The position numbers and the translations under genes were made by a program. A stretch of DNA of 64,000 nucleotides from the IMG/VR virus record IMGVR_UViG_3300037069_000805, positions 40,241 to 104,240 of that record. One strand, given 5' to 3'. Below the pieces are notes generated by a model. It was not told the DNA's origin. It saw only the letters and a program-made list of their open reading frames with translations, and made no database searches. This DNA comes from a virus. The first letter of the stretch is position 1. Each line of letters begins with the position of its first letter. Positions 42,442 to 53,308 of the stretch are shown in pieces.

Positions 42442-43950
42442 TTAATCTAGTATTGCTGGTTTAAGTGTTAATGTTCTTGATGAGTCTTTAACCATTGCTC
42501 CAGTACCACACATTGCAGTCATTGTAGCAGAGTCTTCCATCAATTGCATAATTCCACCTCTACGTCCAGAGAAAGGATCTCTAATACCTGCCATATAACC
42601 ACGTAATTCATCATCACCACGTACTTTAATTTTTTGGATATTAGGCTCTTCCATTGAACCAATATATAGAATATCATAACGATATGATTCAGCAACTCCT
42701 CCATCTGGATGTAAAATTTTATTACGAACTTTATCATCATACATTGGATCTACTTCAAGCATAATGTGAATATTATTAGGAGCTCTCCATTCTGTGAATT
42801 GGAAACCACCTTCAAAAGCATTATCATTAAATTTAGAAGTTACTTTATTGATAGCATTCATGTTTGTATTATCAAACAATGATTTCCATCCTGAAGCAGC
42901 AGCTGTTGCTGCTCTATTAAATTGTGCAGCACCTCTTTCACCAGTTCTCAACATGAACTTTCTTTCACCCCAATCCAGTTTACCTTCAGATAACTCAGAA
43001 AGAGCATCTTCTAATAGACGCATAGAGAATCTATTATAAGTAATTGTATTTGAAACTTCCATTTGTTCACGAATACCTGAACCAGCTTTAATTTCAATAT
43101 TAGATTGACCTTTATTTAAGAAACGTCCATTTTCATCTCTGTTTGTTTTACCAAACATTAATGTTTTAGATTTAATTTTTGAGAATTGACGTTCAAATTG
43201 CCACATTACTTCCTGCATCCAAGTTACTGACTTATGAACACCACCTGTATTCGGATCTCTAGTTTCAATACCAGCAAAATATACAGGTTCAACTTTCATA
43301 TCAATCATTGCACCAGATACTTTAACCTCCATACGTAATGTAGAAACAGAGTTTCTCATTAACCAAGGTGAAGTAAACTGAATACCGGCACCACGAGTAG
43401 ATAATTCATCTTCAACGTATGCAGATTCAATACTAAATCTATTTCCTGCAACTAATTCATCTCCAGGAATACCTGCTAATGATTCTTGACCACCCCATAC
43501 TTCACAAGTATAAACATAGTTAGAACCTTCTTCCATTGGTTCATCTGAAACAATTCTAATTTGGTATACATCTGGTCTAGGACCTGCAATTACCATTTGT
43601 TTAGTAAACCATTTTTCAGCGAATACTAAATCGAAAGTTGTTCTTGCAACACCAATACCTGTATCACTACCAGCAACAACAGCACCTTGGAATCTTGCTT
43701 CAACAAGAGGTATATTTCTCTCATCACTTCCAACTACTTTCCATACAAAATCATCTGAACTATTTAATACTTTTTCAGGGAATAAAGCTAGAGTTGTATC
43801 TAAATTTTTCATTCCTGAATTTTGTAGTAATACAGTTGTCAAAGGAGAAACTAATTGTGGTTGTGTTCCAAAGATAGCACCGATGTGATTTTTTAATGTT
43901 AATCCTGACCAGGCTTTACCCTTAGTCATTACAAACTTACCTACTGACAT
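42442..43950 (-). CDS. Major capsid protein
   Basis: 502 aa; follows portal and scaffold; GSGIREQ, TGERGA..F, DPMYDD motifs. Confidence 0.85.
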   Translation of the reverse strand: MSVGKFVMTKGKAWSGLTLKNHIGAIFGTQPQLVSPLTTVLLQNSGMKNLDTTLALFPEKVLNSSDDFVWKVVGSDERNIPLVEARFQGAVVAGSDTGIGVARTTFDLVFAEKWFTKQMVIAGPRPDVYQIRIVSDEPMEEGSNYVYTCEVWGGQESLAGIPGDELVAGNRFSIESAYVEDELSTRGAGIQFTSPWLMRNSVSTLRMEVKVSGAMIDMKVEPVYFAGIETRDPNTGGVHKSVTWMQEVMWQFERQFSKIKSKTLMFGKTNRDENGRFLNKGQSNIEIKAGSGIREQMEVSNTITYNRFSMRLLEDALSELSEGKLDWGERKFMLRTGERGAAQFNRAATAAASGWKSLFDNTNMNAINKVTSKFNDNAFEGGFQFTEWRAPNNIHIMLEVDPMYDDKVRNKILHPDGGVAESYRYDILYIGSMEEPNIQKIKVRGDDELRGYMAGIRDPFSGRRGGIMQLMEDSATMTAMCGTGAMVKDSSRTLTLKPAILD

Positions 43951-43982
43951 ATTTATTTATTTTAATTTATTTATATTTATTT

Positions 43983-45050
43983 TTATAATACTAATTCAGC
44001 ACCTATACCTCCATAACTTTGAGAGTCATTTAAATAATCAGGTGTTCCATTATCTTCAAAGCTAGTTTTTCTTAAAACATTTTCTAAATTTTTAACAGAT
44101 TTAGAAGTTATTGTTTTTTGAATATTACCTAAATTAGCAAAACCATTTGTAAGTTCATATAAATAATACATTTTAGTATCAAATTCAATAGGATTTTTAG
44201 ACCTATCTGTCATAAACTTATTCATCATTTCACCTGTTTCAGTATTTTTAGAAACAACTTCTGTCATACTCTTATATACTTTATCTTGTAAAGCTTTTGT
44301 ATTTGGTATTCCCTGAATTACTTCTTTAGAATTAAATACAAAATTTTTAATAGTATTATTTATTTCTTCTTGTTCTTTAGCTTCATCTAAAAGTCTTTGT
44401 TTAGAATTTTCAACTTCAGCTAATTCAGCTCTTTTATTAAATTCTTTTAAACTTCCTGTAGATTCTAGTGCTTCTTCAATTACAACATCCTCACCTAAAT
44501 CAATAGCTTTCTTAAGTTGTTTTTTAGCTCTATCTTCAGATAAACCTTGATTCATATAATCTTTTAGAATTATATTTTTTGCTACTTCTAAATTTTCTTT
44601 TAAGTAATCTTCAGTAATTGATTCTAATTCTAAATTTTCTTTTCTAGATTGACCTATTTTTTCTAAATCTAAATTATCTAATTTACTAATTGCTTTTCTT
44701 TCAGCTTCAATTTCAATTTGTTTAGAAATAGCATTACCTAAATCATTAATTGTTTTAATTTTTTCTGAAGATTCCAATGAAGGTATAATTCCATGTTCAA
44801 TAAGAACATCTGAGAAGGAAGTATACAAATTGGGAGAAGCATCATCATCTTTAGAATCACCTTCATCTTTATCTTCGTCTTCCTCATCTACGTTCTCCTG
44901 AAGTTCATCATCTGTATCTTCATCGATAAGGTCTTTTTTATCTTTATCAGGATTTTCATCCTGTAATTCTTCTTCATTATAATTTATATCAAAGTTTAAT
45001 TCTAAGTTATCAGAATTAAATAATGACATATCATTTTCATTTTCTTCCAT
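43983..45050 (-). CDS. Acidic scaffolding-like protein
   Basis: D/E-rich N-terminus, coiled-coil; between portal and MCP. Confidence 0.65.
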   Translation of the reverse strand: MEENENDMSLFNSDNLELNFDINYNEEELQDENPDKDKKDLIDEDTDDELQENVDEEDEDKDEGDSKDDDASPNLYTSFSDVLIEHGIIPSLESSEKIKTINDLGNAISKQIEIEAERKAISKLDNLDLEKIGQSRKENLELESITEDYLKENLEVAKNIILKDYMNQGLSEDRAKKQLKKAIDLGEDVVIEEALESTGSLKEFNKRAELAEVENSKQRLLDEAKEQEEINNTIKNFVFNSKEVIQGIPNTKALQDKVYKSMTEVVSKNTETGEMMNKFMTDRSKNPIEFDTKMYYLYELTNGFANLGNIQKTITSKSVKNLENVLRKTSFEDNGTPDYLNDSQSYGGIGAELVL

Positions 45051-45077
45051 AATATTCTCCCTGTTTTATAAAGTTTG

Positions 45078-45109
45078 CAAATATAACACATTTTAAAAGG
45101 GAATCCAAA
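45078..45109 (-). promoter_or_regulatory. Bacteroidota sigma70-type promoter (scaffold/MCP operon)
   Basis: TTTGGA-N18-TATATTTG. Confidence 0.8.
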
Positions 45110-45151
45110 TAAAATTTAAATTATTTCACTTTTTTCTCCTTTTAATAATAG

Positions 45152-47551
45152 CTAATTTATTCTTTTCTTTTGTATTCTAGCTATTTTTTGATCTTCAACT
45201 TTAGCTGCCATCTGATCATTATGTTTAATCATATCTTGATCCAATGTTCTCATTTTAGTTATATAATCATCTTTTCTTTTTTGCTTATCTAAATTTAATT
45301 TCTCAATATCTAAAGGATCTACTATTCCATCTTCAGAATCATTAGTATTTTTAACATTTTCTTTTCCTAATTCTGCAATATATACTTTAGTTTCATTATC
45401 TCTTTGATTTTTTAAATCTTCTAATTCAAGTTTTCTATTTTCAAGATCAATAGTTGCTTGGTTATGTGCTTCTTGAATTTTATTAGCTTGATCTGATTGT
45501 TCAGATTGTCTTTGATGTAATTGATCTTCTGCCTCTTCAAATTTTCTTCTCATATCACTTAATGATGGACTAAAATAAATATCCATAATTGTAGAGAATG
45601 AACCTCCATTTTGTAAAAATGCTTGAGCATTAGATTTAATCATTTGTTCAAGTTCTTGAGTTTTCTGATTAGATGTTAATACTAAACCATAATCATTTTC
45701 AGTAAAATCTTCACCTTCAATATTAAGAATTTGAATTGATTGATCATCAAGTATATTTTGTACTTTCTTATTTTTACCTTTTAGAGCTATTTTAGCAGTT
45801 TCTAAAAAGCAATCTAATACTCTTAATTTACACTGATCATGAATACTAAACCACCATTCAGTAATATGAGATGATTGATTAACAGATCTTTCTACTCCAC
45901 CAACAGTTTCTCTATTTTCAATTTGACCCTGTCTTTGTGCAGTTACTCCTGCAATTTCACCCATCTCCATTTTAATGAATTCAAGTAATTGTATATGTTG
46001 TTGAATATATGCTCCAGTTTCCATATCCATTACTCTACCACCTTGAGTATTCATTGAACCTGCTAATTTACCAGTTGCAGCACCTTGATTACCTTCTTTA
46101 AATGAATCAATTACAGCAATCTTATTAACAACTGCGAAGTGCATCCATTTTTCTATTTCCCAATTTTCTGGTATTTTAGCAATATCTAATTCAAATATTT
46201 TACCATAATTAGTAGAAATAGCTTTATTAAGTCTATCCCAAATAACATCATACATATATTGATAGTTTTTACATCTATCAATTAATGATACTGCTTTAGA
46301 TTGATTAGTATTATATATTTGACCTATAATACCTGGATGGCAAATAGAAGGATTATATATTTTATTATATTGTACTTTTCTAGGTTTAATATTAAGAAAT
46401 ATATCTTTACCTAGTTTAACACCTTCCCACCATTCATTAACCCACATAGAAGTAATTTCTTCTCCAAGTGAAGCATCTGGTATATATTCTTCAGAAGCAA
46501 TTTTATATTGTTCTTCTCCTAATTCATCATAGTATTTAACCTTTTTAACTTCTTTAATAGATTTCCAAAACACTTTTAATACTCTAATATTACCTGTTTC
46601 ATCAGTATAATTAGCACCAAAGAAATGTCCATTTAATTCAGCTAAATCAAATACACTATTATAAATACCTTCAATACCAGTATTTAAACCATCTCTTAAT
46701 AAAGTATGATTATTTTGATCATCAGAATAAGTTCCACTTGAACTAACTGTACTATAATCTAAAATATAATCAATATCTTCTGGTTTTAATTCATCATGGA
46801 ATACATCAATAATTTTATGTGGACTCCAATGATCTTGTATAATTATAATAGAAGAATCTTCTATTTTATCTGAATTACCAGAACGAACAGAATGTACTTT
46901 TAATGGATTTAATTTAGTTAATATTGGTTCATCATGAACAATATCACATAAATATATTTCTTCTGCAAATATTAGAGCATCTTTAAATCCAGCATTAAAT
47001 ATATTTTCAAATCTTTGTTCTTGTGAATAATGTTTTAATATCTGATTAGCCATTTTTTCACGAAGATCTTTCCAAGTATATTTCATATGCTTAGATAAAT
47101 CATCCATTTTTACTTTTAATTCTTCTTCACTATAGTTAGCTTGGAAAAATTCAGTAAGTCTTTGATTTAGATAAGCTTTTTTATCTTCTTCTTTTTTAGT
47201 AATTGCATCTGGATTAGTTACAATAACTGAATAATCAAATCTTCTTTTAATTTCTTCACCTACTAATAAATCTATCTTAGGTATAAGAATTGGATGATGT
47301 GGTATATTATCTGGAACAAATGAAGCATCTATTTGATGAGGATTAACTACATTAGTTAAATCTCTAATATCAACAATACCATTGTATAAATTTAAATTTA
47401 TAATTTTGTTTCTTAAACTTTTTCTAACAATCTCATTATTGTAAAATGAATGTTTATCTGCATAATTTATACAGTCAATTCTCCATTGTTTATCTTTTTG
47501 AGAATAAGGTAGACGCTGTCTAGGTAAAATTAAATTATTTATTCTTTCCAT
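45152..47551 (-). CDS. Portal protein
   Basis: 799 aa; PKIDLLVGEE, WVNEWWEG, GVTAQRQG; follows TerL. Confidence 0.88.
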   Translation of the reverse strand: MERINNLILPRQRLPYSQKDKQWRIDCINYADKHSFYNNEIVRKSLRNKIINLNLYNGIVDIRDLTNVVNPHQIDASFVPDNIPHHPILIPKIDLLVGEEIKRRFDYSVIVTNPDAITKKEEDKKAYLNQRLTEFFQANYSEEELKVKMDDLSKHMKYTWKDLREKMANQILKHYSQEQRFENIFNAGFKDALIFAEEIYLCDIVHDEPILTKLNPLKVHSVRSGNSDKIEDSSIIIIQDHWSPHKIIDVFHDELKPEDIDYILDYSTVSSSGTYSDDQNNHTLLRDGLNTGIEGIYNSVFDLAELNGHFFGANYTDETGNIRVLKVFWKSIKEVKKVKYYDELGEEQYKIASEEYIPDASLGEEITSMWVNEWWEGVKLGKDIFLNIKPRKVQYNKIYNPSICHPGIIGQIYNTNQSKAVSLIDRCKNYQYMYDVIWDRLNKAISTNYGKIFELDIAKIPENWEIEKWMHFAVVNKIAVIDSFKEGNQGAATGKLAGSMNTQGGRVMDMETGAYIQQHIQLLEFIKMEMGEIAGVTAQRQGQIENRETVGGVERSVNQSSHITEWWFSIHDQCKLRVLDCFLETAKIALKGKNKKVQNILDDQSIQILNIEGEDFTENDYGLVLTSNQKTQELEQMIKSNAQAFLQNGGSFSTIMDIYFSPSLSDMRRKFEEAEDQLHQRQSEQSDQANKIQEAHNQATIDLENRKLELEDLKNQRDNETKVYIAELGKENVKNTNDSEDGIVDPLDIEKLNLDKQKRKDDYITKMRTLDQDMIKHNDQMAAKVEDQKIARIQKKRIN

Positions 47552-47569
47552 TATTTTTCTTTTAACTTG

Positions 47570-47601
47570 CTAATATAAACAATAAAGTAACTAATTCCAA
47601 A
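47570..47601 (-). promoter_or_regulatory. Bacteroidota sigma70-type promoter (variant)
   Basis: TTTGGA-N18-TATATTAG (one mismatch in the -7 box). Confidence 0.65.
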
Positions 47602-47651
47602 TAAAAATGTATTTATTTTAGAAAAAGTTACTTTAAATAATAGCTAATTTG

Positions 47652-49868
47652 TTATTTATAATTTTTTGTAAAAAAAGGATCGTTAGTTAATTTCTTAATT
47701 TGTTTCTCCTGATTTTCTTTTGCTGAGTTAGTTCTTTTAACTCTATCTTCTCTTAATAAGAATAACATACCTGCAGCAGATACTCTATCAAAGTTACCAT
47801 CACTATTCCAAGCAATACATTCTTCTAAATAAGGTATAGTTCTAATATGATGTAATTTAAGACTTGTATCATCTTCATCACCTTCATTATATCTAGTTAA
47901 CATATATTGTGCTTGAAGCAATCTACCCCATTTATTTATCTCTTTATTAGCGTGTGTACCCTTAGCTTTATTACCATATAGATTAGTTGCTTTAACCATA
48001 TCCATATCTTTAAGTATTTGAGGTACATCAGATAAATAATGTAAACAATTTCTAGCATCAAAATAACTAAATAAACCTTTTAAGTTACTTTCATAATTAG
48101 CTTCACCATTATAAAACTTAAGTACTCTTAATGCTATTTCATATGCATCATTTGCTAATCTAGGTCTACCAGTATATTCACAAATAATTCTATCTGTAAA
48201 TGTATCTAATCCGATTATACTAAATAATGAACTACCTGTATCAGCATCAATAGGGTCAATACCAAATATATATCTTCCTCTTGGTATTTCTCCATTAGCA
48301 TTTTTACGAGGCATTTCAAATATTTCAAGACAACCAGTTCTATCTGTATCAGAACTATCATAAGCTCTTAAAGGAAACTTATCCGTACTAGGTTTCCATT
48401 CAACATCTCCAGTACTATTATATATTAAATCACCAATATAATGCTCAGCTAAAAAAGATTCTTTCTTAGGACCAATAGTTTCAAGATAATCTTTTATATC
48501 AGCAACAGGAAATACTGTACCCTCAGTACGCATAATAGCTTCCTGTGGTGTAATAGGTTCCTCTGCTTTCTTTTGTGTAATAGCTCGAGCATCAGATGAA
48601 TTATATTTTACTTGATGTCTATCTAATAGAATTTCTACTAAAGCTTTAATAACATCGGGTTCTCCTACACTTTCATCATAACATTCATTTCTATTAAGAT
48701 ATGCTCCCCAAAAGAATCCACATTCAGTTTCTCCAGTTGCAGATTTATCAAATACATTTGGAATACCTAAAATATTATAAGCACCAGGTTTATAAAATAA
48801 TTTCTCAGAACCACTAAATGAAGCTCCTTCAACTCCACCTGTACCACCAGATAACATAAATCCAGAAGATACACCCCCATCTTCAACAGCTTTTCTATTA
48901 ACATTCCAAGCTTTTTCAAGATTTGGAAAAAGACCATCTTCTTCATAGTGAATTAAAGGTCCTCTAATACCCCTAGCTTTATCAGGATTATCTTTTAATG
49001 ATATACCATAGACAGAAGATAATAATCCCTTACGTGTACCATATTCATCTTTAAATCCTAACTGAATATTCATCTCTTTAGTAGCATCAATAGTTCTCAT
49101 TCTAGGTAATGGAGTATTCTCTGCTATCCAGTCAAGAGTATCTATAACTTTACCCCATATTCCCTTATCTCCAGATAAAAATCCTTTATCAGATGCTAAA
49201 TGGAAATTAGGATTACCAGAACCAGGTAATACATACATATTTCTAGGTGATTCAGATGCATTTTTGAAACTAAATCCAATACCCCTAGTCTTTAATACTT
49301 TACCATGTTTACCTAATCTCTTTGCTCTACAAGTATAATGAAAATATAAATAATCACCTAACCAAGGTTTAGCAAACTTTCGTACACGTTCACCTTGACT
49401 TCTTTCACCTTTACCACTAGTAGCAATAGTTTCAACTAACCAAATAGGACTATAGTTCCAATAGAAATATAATTCACCAGGAATCCATTCTCCATCAGAT
49501 TCTCTAATCATGCCATATTTCCATCTTTTAAGTTCTTCTTTCCAGAATTCAGCGTATTCAGATTTAGGATTGCTATTAGGTGATATATTAGTATACTTAC
49601 CATTCTTTTGAAAGAATATAGCAGCTTCTCTAAAATAATCCATATCCTCTAATATATGAGGATTAGTTAAATCTACATCAATTCTATCATCATCATATAG
49701 TTCACTCTTAGGTCTATCTTTAGCAAAGCCTCTGATAGATTCTGGTGCTATAAGGTTTTTAATAAATCTAATTGTAGATATATATTCTATTAAATTTTCA
49801 TATACTTCTTTTGGTAGTGATTCTCTTAACTCATCATCTATTTTACTTTGGTATTTATTTAATTCCAT
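47652..49868 (-). CDS. terL: Terminase large subunit
   Basis: LKTRGIGFS Walker A-like, YEEDG Walker B-like, GGTGG coupling motif, FGIDPID and GNFDRVSA nuclease motifs. Confidence 0.92.
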   Translation of the reverse strand: MELNKYQSKIDDELRESLPKEVYENLIEYISTIRFIKNLIAPESIRGFAKDRPKSELYDDDRIDVDLTNPHILEDMDYFREAAIFFQKNGKYTNISPNSNPKSEYAEFWKEELKRWKYGMIRESDGEWIPGELYFYWNYSPIWLVETIATSGKGERSQGERVRKFAKPWLGDYLYFHYTCRAKRLGKHGKVLKTRGIGFSFKNASESPRNMYVLPGSGNPNFHLASDKGFLSGDKGIWGKVIDTLDWIAENTPLPRMRTIDATKEMNIQLGFKDEYGTRKGLLSSVYGISLKDNPDKARGIRGPLIHYEEDGLFPNLEKAWNVNRKAVEDGGVSSGFMLSGGTGGVEGASFSGSEKLFYKPGAYNILGIPNVFDKSATGETECGFFWGAYLNRNECYDESVGEPDVIKALVEILLDRHQVKYNSSDARAITQKKAEEPITPQEAIMRTEGTVFPVADIKDYLETIGPKKESFLAEHYIGDLIYNSTGDVEWKPSTDKFPLRAYDSSDTDRTGCLEIFEMPRKNANGEIPRGRYIFGIDPIDADTGSSLFSIIGLDTFTDRIICEYTGRPRLANDAYEIALRVLKFYNGEANYESNLKGLFSYFDARNCLHYLSDVPQILKDMDMVKATNLYGNKAKGTHANKEINKWGRLLQAQYMLTRYNEGDEDDTSLKLHHIRTIPYLEECIAWNSDGNFDRVSAAGMLFLLREDRVKRTNSAKENQEKQIKKLTNDPFFTKNYK

Positions 49869-51346
49869 TGTTGAGGACTTAATATAATTGTTTCAGTTGA
49901 TAATATTGTTTTAGCTATAGAAGCCGCATTTTCTAAAGCACATCTAGCAACTTTAAAAGGATCAATAATATTTTTATTAAACATATTTTCAATATTATTC
50001 AAATTAGTTCCATTTTCTTTTATTTTATAAAAAGGTTTAGATAAACAATTATAAACTTCCATTATAAATACCTGTTTTGCGTTTAATGGTTCTAATCTTA
50101 CACTCCCATCTTCATCAAATTGTAAAGAGTCCATAAAATTATGATATATTTTATATAAAGCAACACCTCCACCTTCAATAATACCTTCTTCTAATGCACA
50201 TGCTACAGCTAATACAGCATCATCATATCTATCTTTACGCTCTTTCATTTCTAATTCAGAACCACCACCTACTTTAATTACAGCAGCTTTACCATTTAGA
50301 TTTTCATAACGTATTTTACTTAAAGGATCTTTATCCTTAGTAAGTTCTTTTAATTCACTAATATATTCTTCAATATTAACATCATTTGATTTAATTAATA
50401 AAGAAGAATTCTTACCTATCTTAACTGAATCTAATATACCTAATACATTATTATTAATAAGATTAGTAAAATCATTTACTATTTTAGCACCTGTAAAGAA
50501 AGATAAATCTTTTATTAGATCTTTTCTATGTTGTGCAAATCCAGGTGTTCTAATCGCACATAATTTAATATTACCACTTAATACATTGCTTTCTAATAAT
50601 CTTAATACATTATCTGAAATATGTTCTGTGATAATTAATATATTTCTACCTTCACTAGATGCTTTTTCTAATGGATTTTTAAATACTTTTAAATCTTCTA
50701 TTTTACCATCTAATAGTAATACATAAGGATTATCCATATTACACAAACCTTTTCTTTCATCTGTAATAAAGTGTTTAGAAAAGTAAGATACATCTAATTT
50801 CATACCAGTAATTAATTCAATAATATCTTCATTATTATTAGATTCTTCTACTTTAACTATATCAGAATGGTTATAAGCTTGTTGAATAATATCACCAATC
50901 TGTACATCGTTATTAGCAGATATACTAGCAACATGTTTAATGTCTTCATGTTTTAATTCTCTTGAATTAAGTTTTAATTGTTCTATAACTTTAGGTATAA
51001 TTTCATCAAATGCTTTTATAACCTCTTTAGAATTAAAATCTTTAAGATTGTTAATAAAAGCAGAAGCTAATACAATAGCTGTAGTAGTACCATCACCAGC
51101 TTCATCTGCAGTCTTTTCAGCTACTTCTTTAATCATAATAGCTGCAGCATTTTCAATTGGATCTTTAAAAGATATAGCTTTAGCTACAGATACACCATCT
51201 TTAGTAATATATGGTTTACCATATTCATCTGTTATAATAACAGTTTTACCTTCTGGTCCCATAGTAGAAGCTACAGCATCTCTTAATTTATTTATTCCAC
51301 TAATAAGTTTATCTTTAAATTCTTCTTTAAAATATATTTCTTGCAT
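49859..51346 (-). CDS. groEL: GroEL-like chaperonin
   Basis: TMGPEG, TKDGVSVAK, AGDGTTTA, VGGGSELEMKERKDRYDDA, EEGIIEGGG, IIDPFKVARCALENAAS. Confidence 0.95.
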   Translation of the reverse strand: MQEIYFKEEFKDKLISGINKLRDAVASTMGPEGKTVIITDEYGKPYITKDGVSVAKAISFKDPIENAAAIMIKEVAEKTADEAGDGTTTAIVLASAFINNLKDFNSKEVIKAFDEIIPKVIEQLKLNSRELKHEDIKHVASISANNDVQIGDIIQQAYNHSDIVKVEESNNNEDIIELITGMKLDVSYFSKHFITDERKGLCNMDNPYVLLLDGKIEDLKVFKNPLEKASSEGRNILIITEHISDNVLRLLESNVLSGNIKLCAIRTPGFAQHRKDLIKDLSFFTGAKIVNDFTNLINNNVLGILDSVKIGKNSSLLIKSNDVNIEEYISELKELTKDKDPLSKIRYENLNGKAAVIKVGGGSELEMKERKDRYDDAVLAVACALEEGIIEGGGVALYKIYHNFMDSLQFDEDGSVRLEPLNAKQVFIMEVYNCLSKPFYKIKENGTNLNNIENMFNKNIIDPFKVARCALENAASIAKTILSTETIILSPQQWN

Positions 51347-51888
51347 TATAAATATTTATAGTTAAAATTAATTTTATGTTTTATAGCCCACTTAAATGTT
51401 CCATAATTCATATTCTCATAAATAGAAGCTTCTTTTAAAGTATTAAATATTAAATTCTTATCTACATTTAAAACCTTTTTAGAATTTGGATTTTTATCTA
51501 ATAAAAACAATCCTTCTTTAGCTATTGACATTTTTAATCTAGATTCTTTAGATACTACTCTATTTCTATGAAAATCTGCAATCTTCCTTCTTGTTTCAAT
51601 AGAAGGAGATTTTCCTTCAGATCCATCACCACCAAATGTCATATTACAAAGAGTTTTAAAATCATATTGACTAATTATAAAACATTCTAATTCACAAGCA
51701 TCGTTCCAAGATAGATTTTCAGCAAGTATTCTTACAATATAATTTGTTTTATTAATTACTCTTTTCCAATGTAAATTTCTATTAGAATTTTTATATGCTC
51801 TTTTAATATAACCCATTCCTATATAAAACACTTTGTTTGTATCTAATCTAATGTGTTGATAGACACATTTGTTATTTTCTTTTCTCAT
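51346..51888 (-). CDS. GIY-YIG family homing endonuclease
   Basis: CVYQH..VFYIGMG, NMTFGGDG; same subfamily pattern as 18163-18726; likely start ATG 51888. Confidence 0.8.
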   Translation of the reverse strand: MRKENNKCVYQHIRLDTNKVFYIGMGYIKRAYKNSNRNLHWKRVINKTNYIVRILAENLSWNDACELECFIISQYDFKTLCNMTFGGDGSEGKSPSIETRRKIADFHRNRVVSKESRLKMSIAKEGLFLLDKNPNSKKVLNVDKNLIFNTLKEASIYENMNYGTFKWAIKHKINFNYKYL

Positions 51889-51889
51889 C

Positions 51890-52456
51890 TTATTCAAATT
51901 CCAAACCTTGTTCAAAAAATCCCATCGTTTTACTACCTTTAGTTCTTCCTTCCATTTCTTTTTGTTCTGCAAGCACTTCTTTGTATGCTGCTTTTAAGTC
52001 TTTCATAATACCTGGTACAGCTTTTAAAGCAGATGTAACTGTAGATAATTGTGTAACTACACCACCAGATGTAGTTCTTTCAGCTAATATTACATCTGCA
52101 TTTTCTAAATATTTAGATATATCATCAGCAGCTTTTAATGATGATTTATATAATCTAGCAATAGGTGTAATAGACATTGATTCATAATATTTAATTGCAT
52201 TTCTAACAATATCATCTATTTTCCAATCTTCCGGTAATCCAATATCTTTTATTATTTCTATTTCTCTTTCTTTATTATCTACTTTATATAAATAATCTGA
52301 ACGAATATCTGTATAATAATAAATAAATAACATTTCTTTAAATGCTAATTCTTTATTTCTAGATTTATCTTTTTTAAGAATAGCTTTAAAAGGCAACAAC
52401 CCCCATGTTTCGTCGGAAACATAGAGGATGTATTCTTTAATTTCAAATAATTTCAT
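51890..52456 (-). CDS. Conserved protein upstream of TerL; terminase small subunit candidate
   Basis: 188 aa, helical, C-terminal coiled-coil ending RTKGSK; position only. Confidence 0.45.
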   Translation of the reverse strand: MKLFEIKEYILYVSDETWGLLPFKAILKKDKSRNKELAFKEMLFIYYYTDIRSDYLYKVDNKEREIEIIKDIGLPEDWKIDDIVRNAIKYYESMSITPIARLYKSSLKAADDISKYLENADVILAERTTSGGVVTQLSTVTSALKAVPGIMKDLKAAYKEVLAEQKEMEGRTKGSKTMGFFEQGLEFE

Positions 52457-52749
52457 TATTTACTTTTCTTTGATTTAGATTTTGGTGTTGCCACAACTTC
52501 AGTGTCTGGTTCACATACACATTCTTTATCACAAACTTCTGTTTTAAATGTTTCAATTTGTGCATAAACATCTTTTAGTTCAGATTTTAAGTCTTTAATT
52601 ACTTTCTCTTTACGAGCAACTTCATCTTCTGTTACTAGAACTTTAGTATTTAATTTACTAACTTCTTTCTTTAATGTATAAGCTACATATGCTCTATTAA
52701 TTAATAATAAACTGATTGCTCCCGCTACTAATTCTACTACTCCTACCAT
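52456..52749 (-). CDS. Small membrane-anchored coiled-coil protein
   Basis: N-terminal hydrophobic helix, basic tail. Confidence 0.6.
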   Translation of the reverse strand: MVGVVELVAGAISLLLINRAYVAYTLKKEVSKLNTKVLVTEDEVARKEKVIKDLKSELKDVYAQIETFKTEVCDKECVCEPDTEVVATPKSKSKKSK

Positions 52750-52919
52750 TATTTACTTTTTTTATATTCAACTTGTTTAACGTCTTCTTTTGGTGTTAAT
52801 TCATTTACAATATTTGTGAATGCTTGTACAATGATTGCAGATTCTTGTAACTCATATACACCTGCTTTATTTGCTCTACCTAGAGCTTGTTCAATTACTT
52901 TTAATGATTGTTCTAACAT
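52749..52919 (-). CDS. Hypothetical 56-aa protein (not in ORF track)
   Basis: MLEQSLKVIEQALGRANKAG...KKSK*; fills the gap; TAATG coupling to the next gene. Confidence 0.7.
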   Translation of the reverse strand: MLEQSLKVIEQALGRANKAGVYELQESAIIVQAFTNIVNELTPKEDVKQVEYKKSK

Positions 52920-52924
52920 ATTTA

Positions 52925-53308
52925 TTATAATTTAACTTTAATTACTTCTTCTAGTCTTTCATCTTTTGCTTTGACTAATCTATCATCTAAAAATGCAAAT
53001 GTATCTTCTCCAACATCTATAGTATCTACTTTTACTTGCATAATTGTATCTACACTATTTCCATTATCTACTCTTGTTGGAACCATCATTTTTTCAATAT
53101 TGATAATTACTTTATCACCAACATTTAAATCTGTTACCATTGCACCTTTAGCTAATATATATTGTACATCAGATAAAATGTTATTTGATAATACTACATT
53201 ACCATCTTCTTCAAGACTATTTAAAGTAATGATTACACTACTATATCTTGGTTTTAAAGGAAAATCTTTTATTAATTCCTTTACTTCTTCACTGTTAAAG
53301 TTTCTCAT
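52925..53308 (-). CDS. groES: GroES-like co-chaperonin
   Basis: LKPRYSSVII, ILAKG..VTDLNVGDKVII, FAFLDDRLV resemble Cpn10 motifs; GroEL 1.6 kb downstream. Confidence 0.65.
   Translation of the reverse strand: MRNFNSEEVKELIKDFPLKPRYSSVIITLNSLEEDGNVVLSNNILSDVQYILAKGAMVTDLNVGDKVIINIEKMMVPTRVDNGNSVDTIMQVKVDTIDVGEDTFAFLDDRLVKAKDERLEEVIKVKL

Noticed and set aside
42540-42740. Alternate-frame 66-aa ORF inside the MCP
   Set aside because: Fully nested, no motif or initiation context
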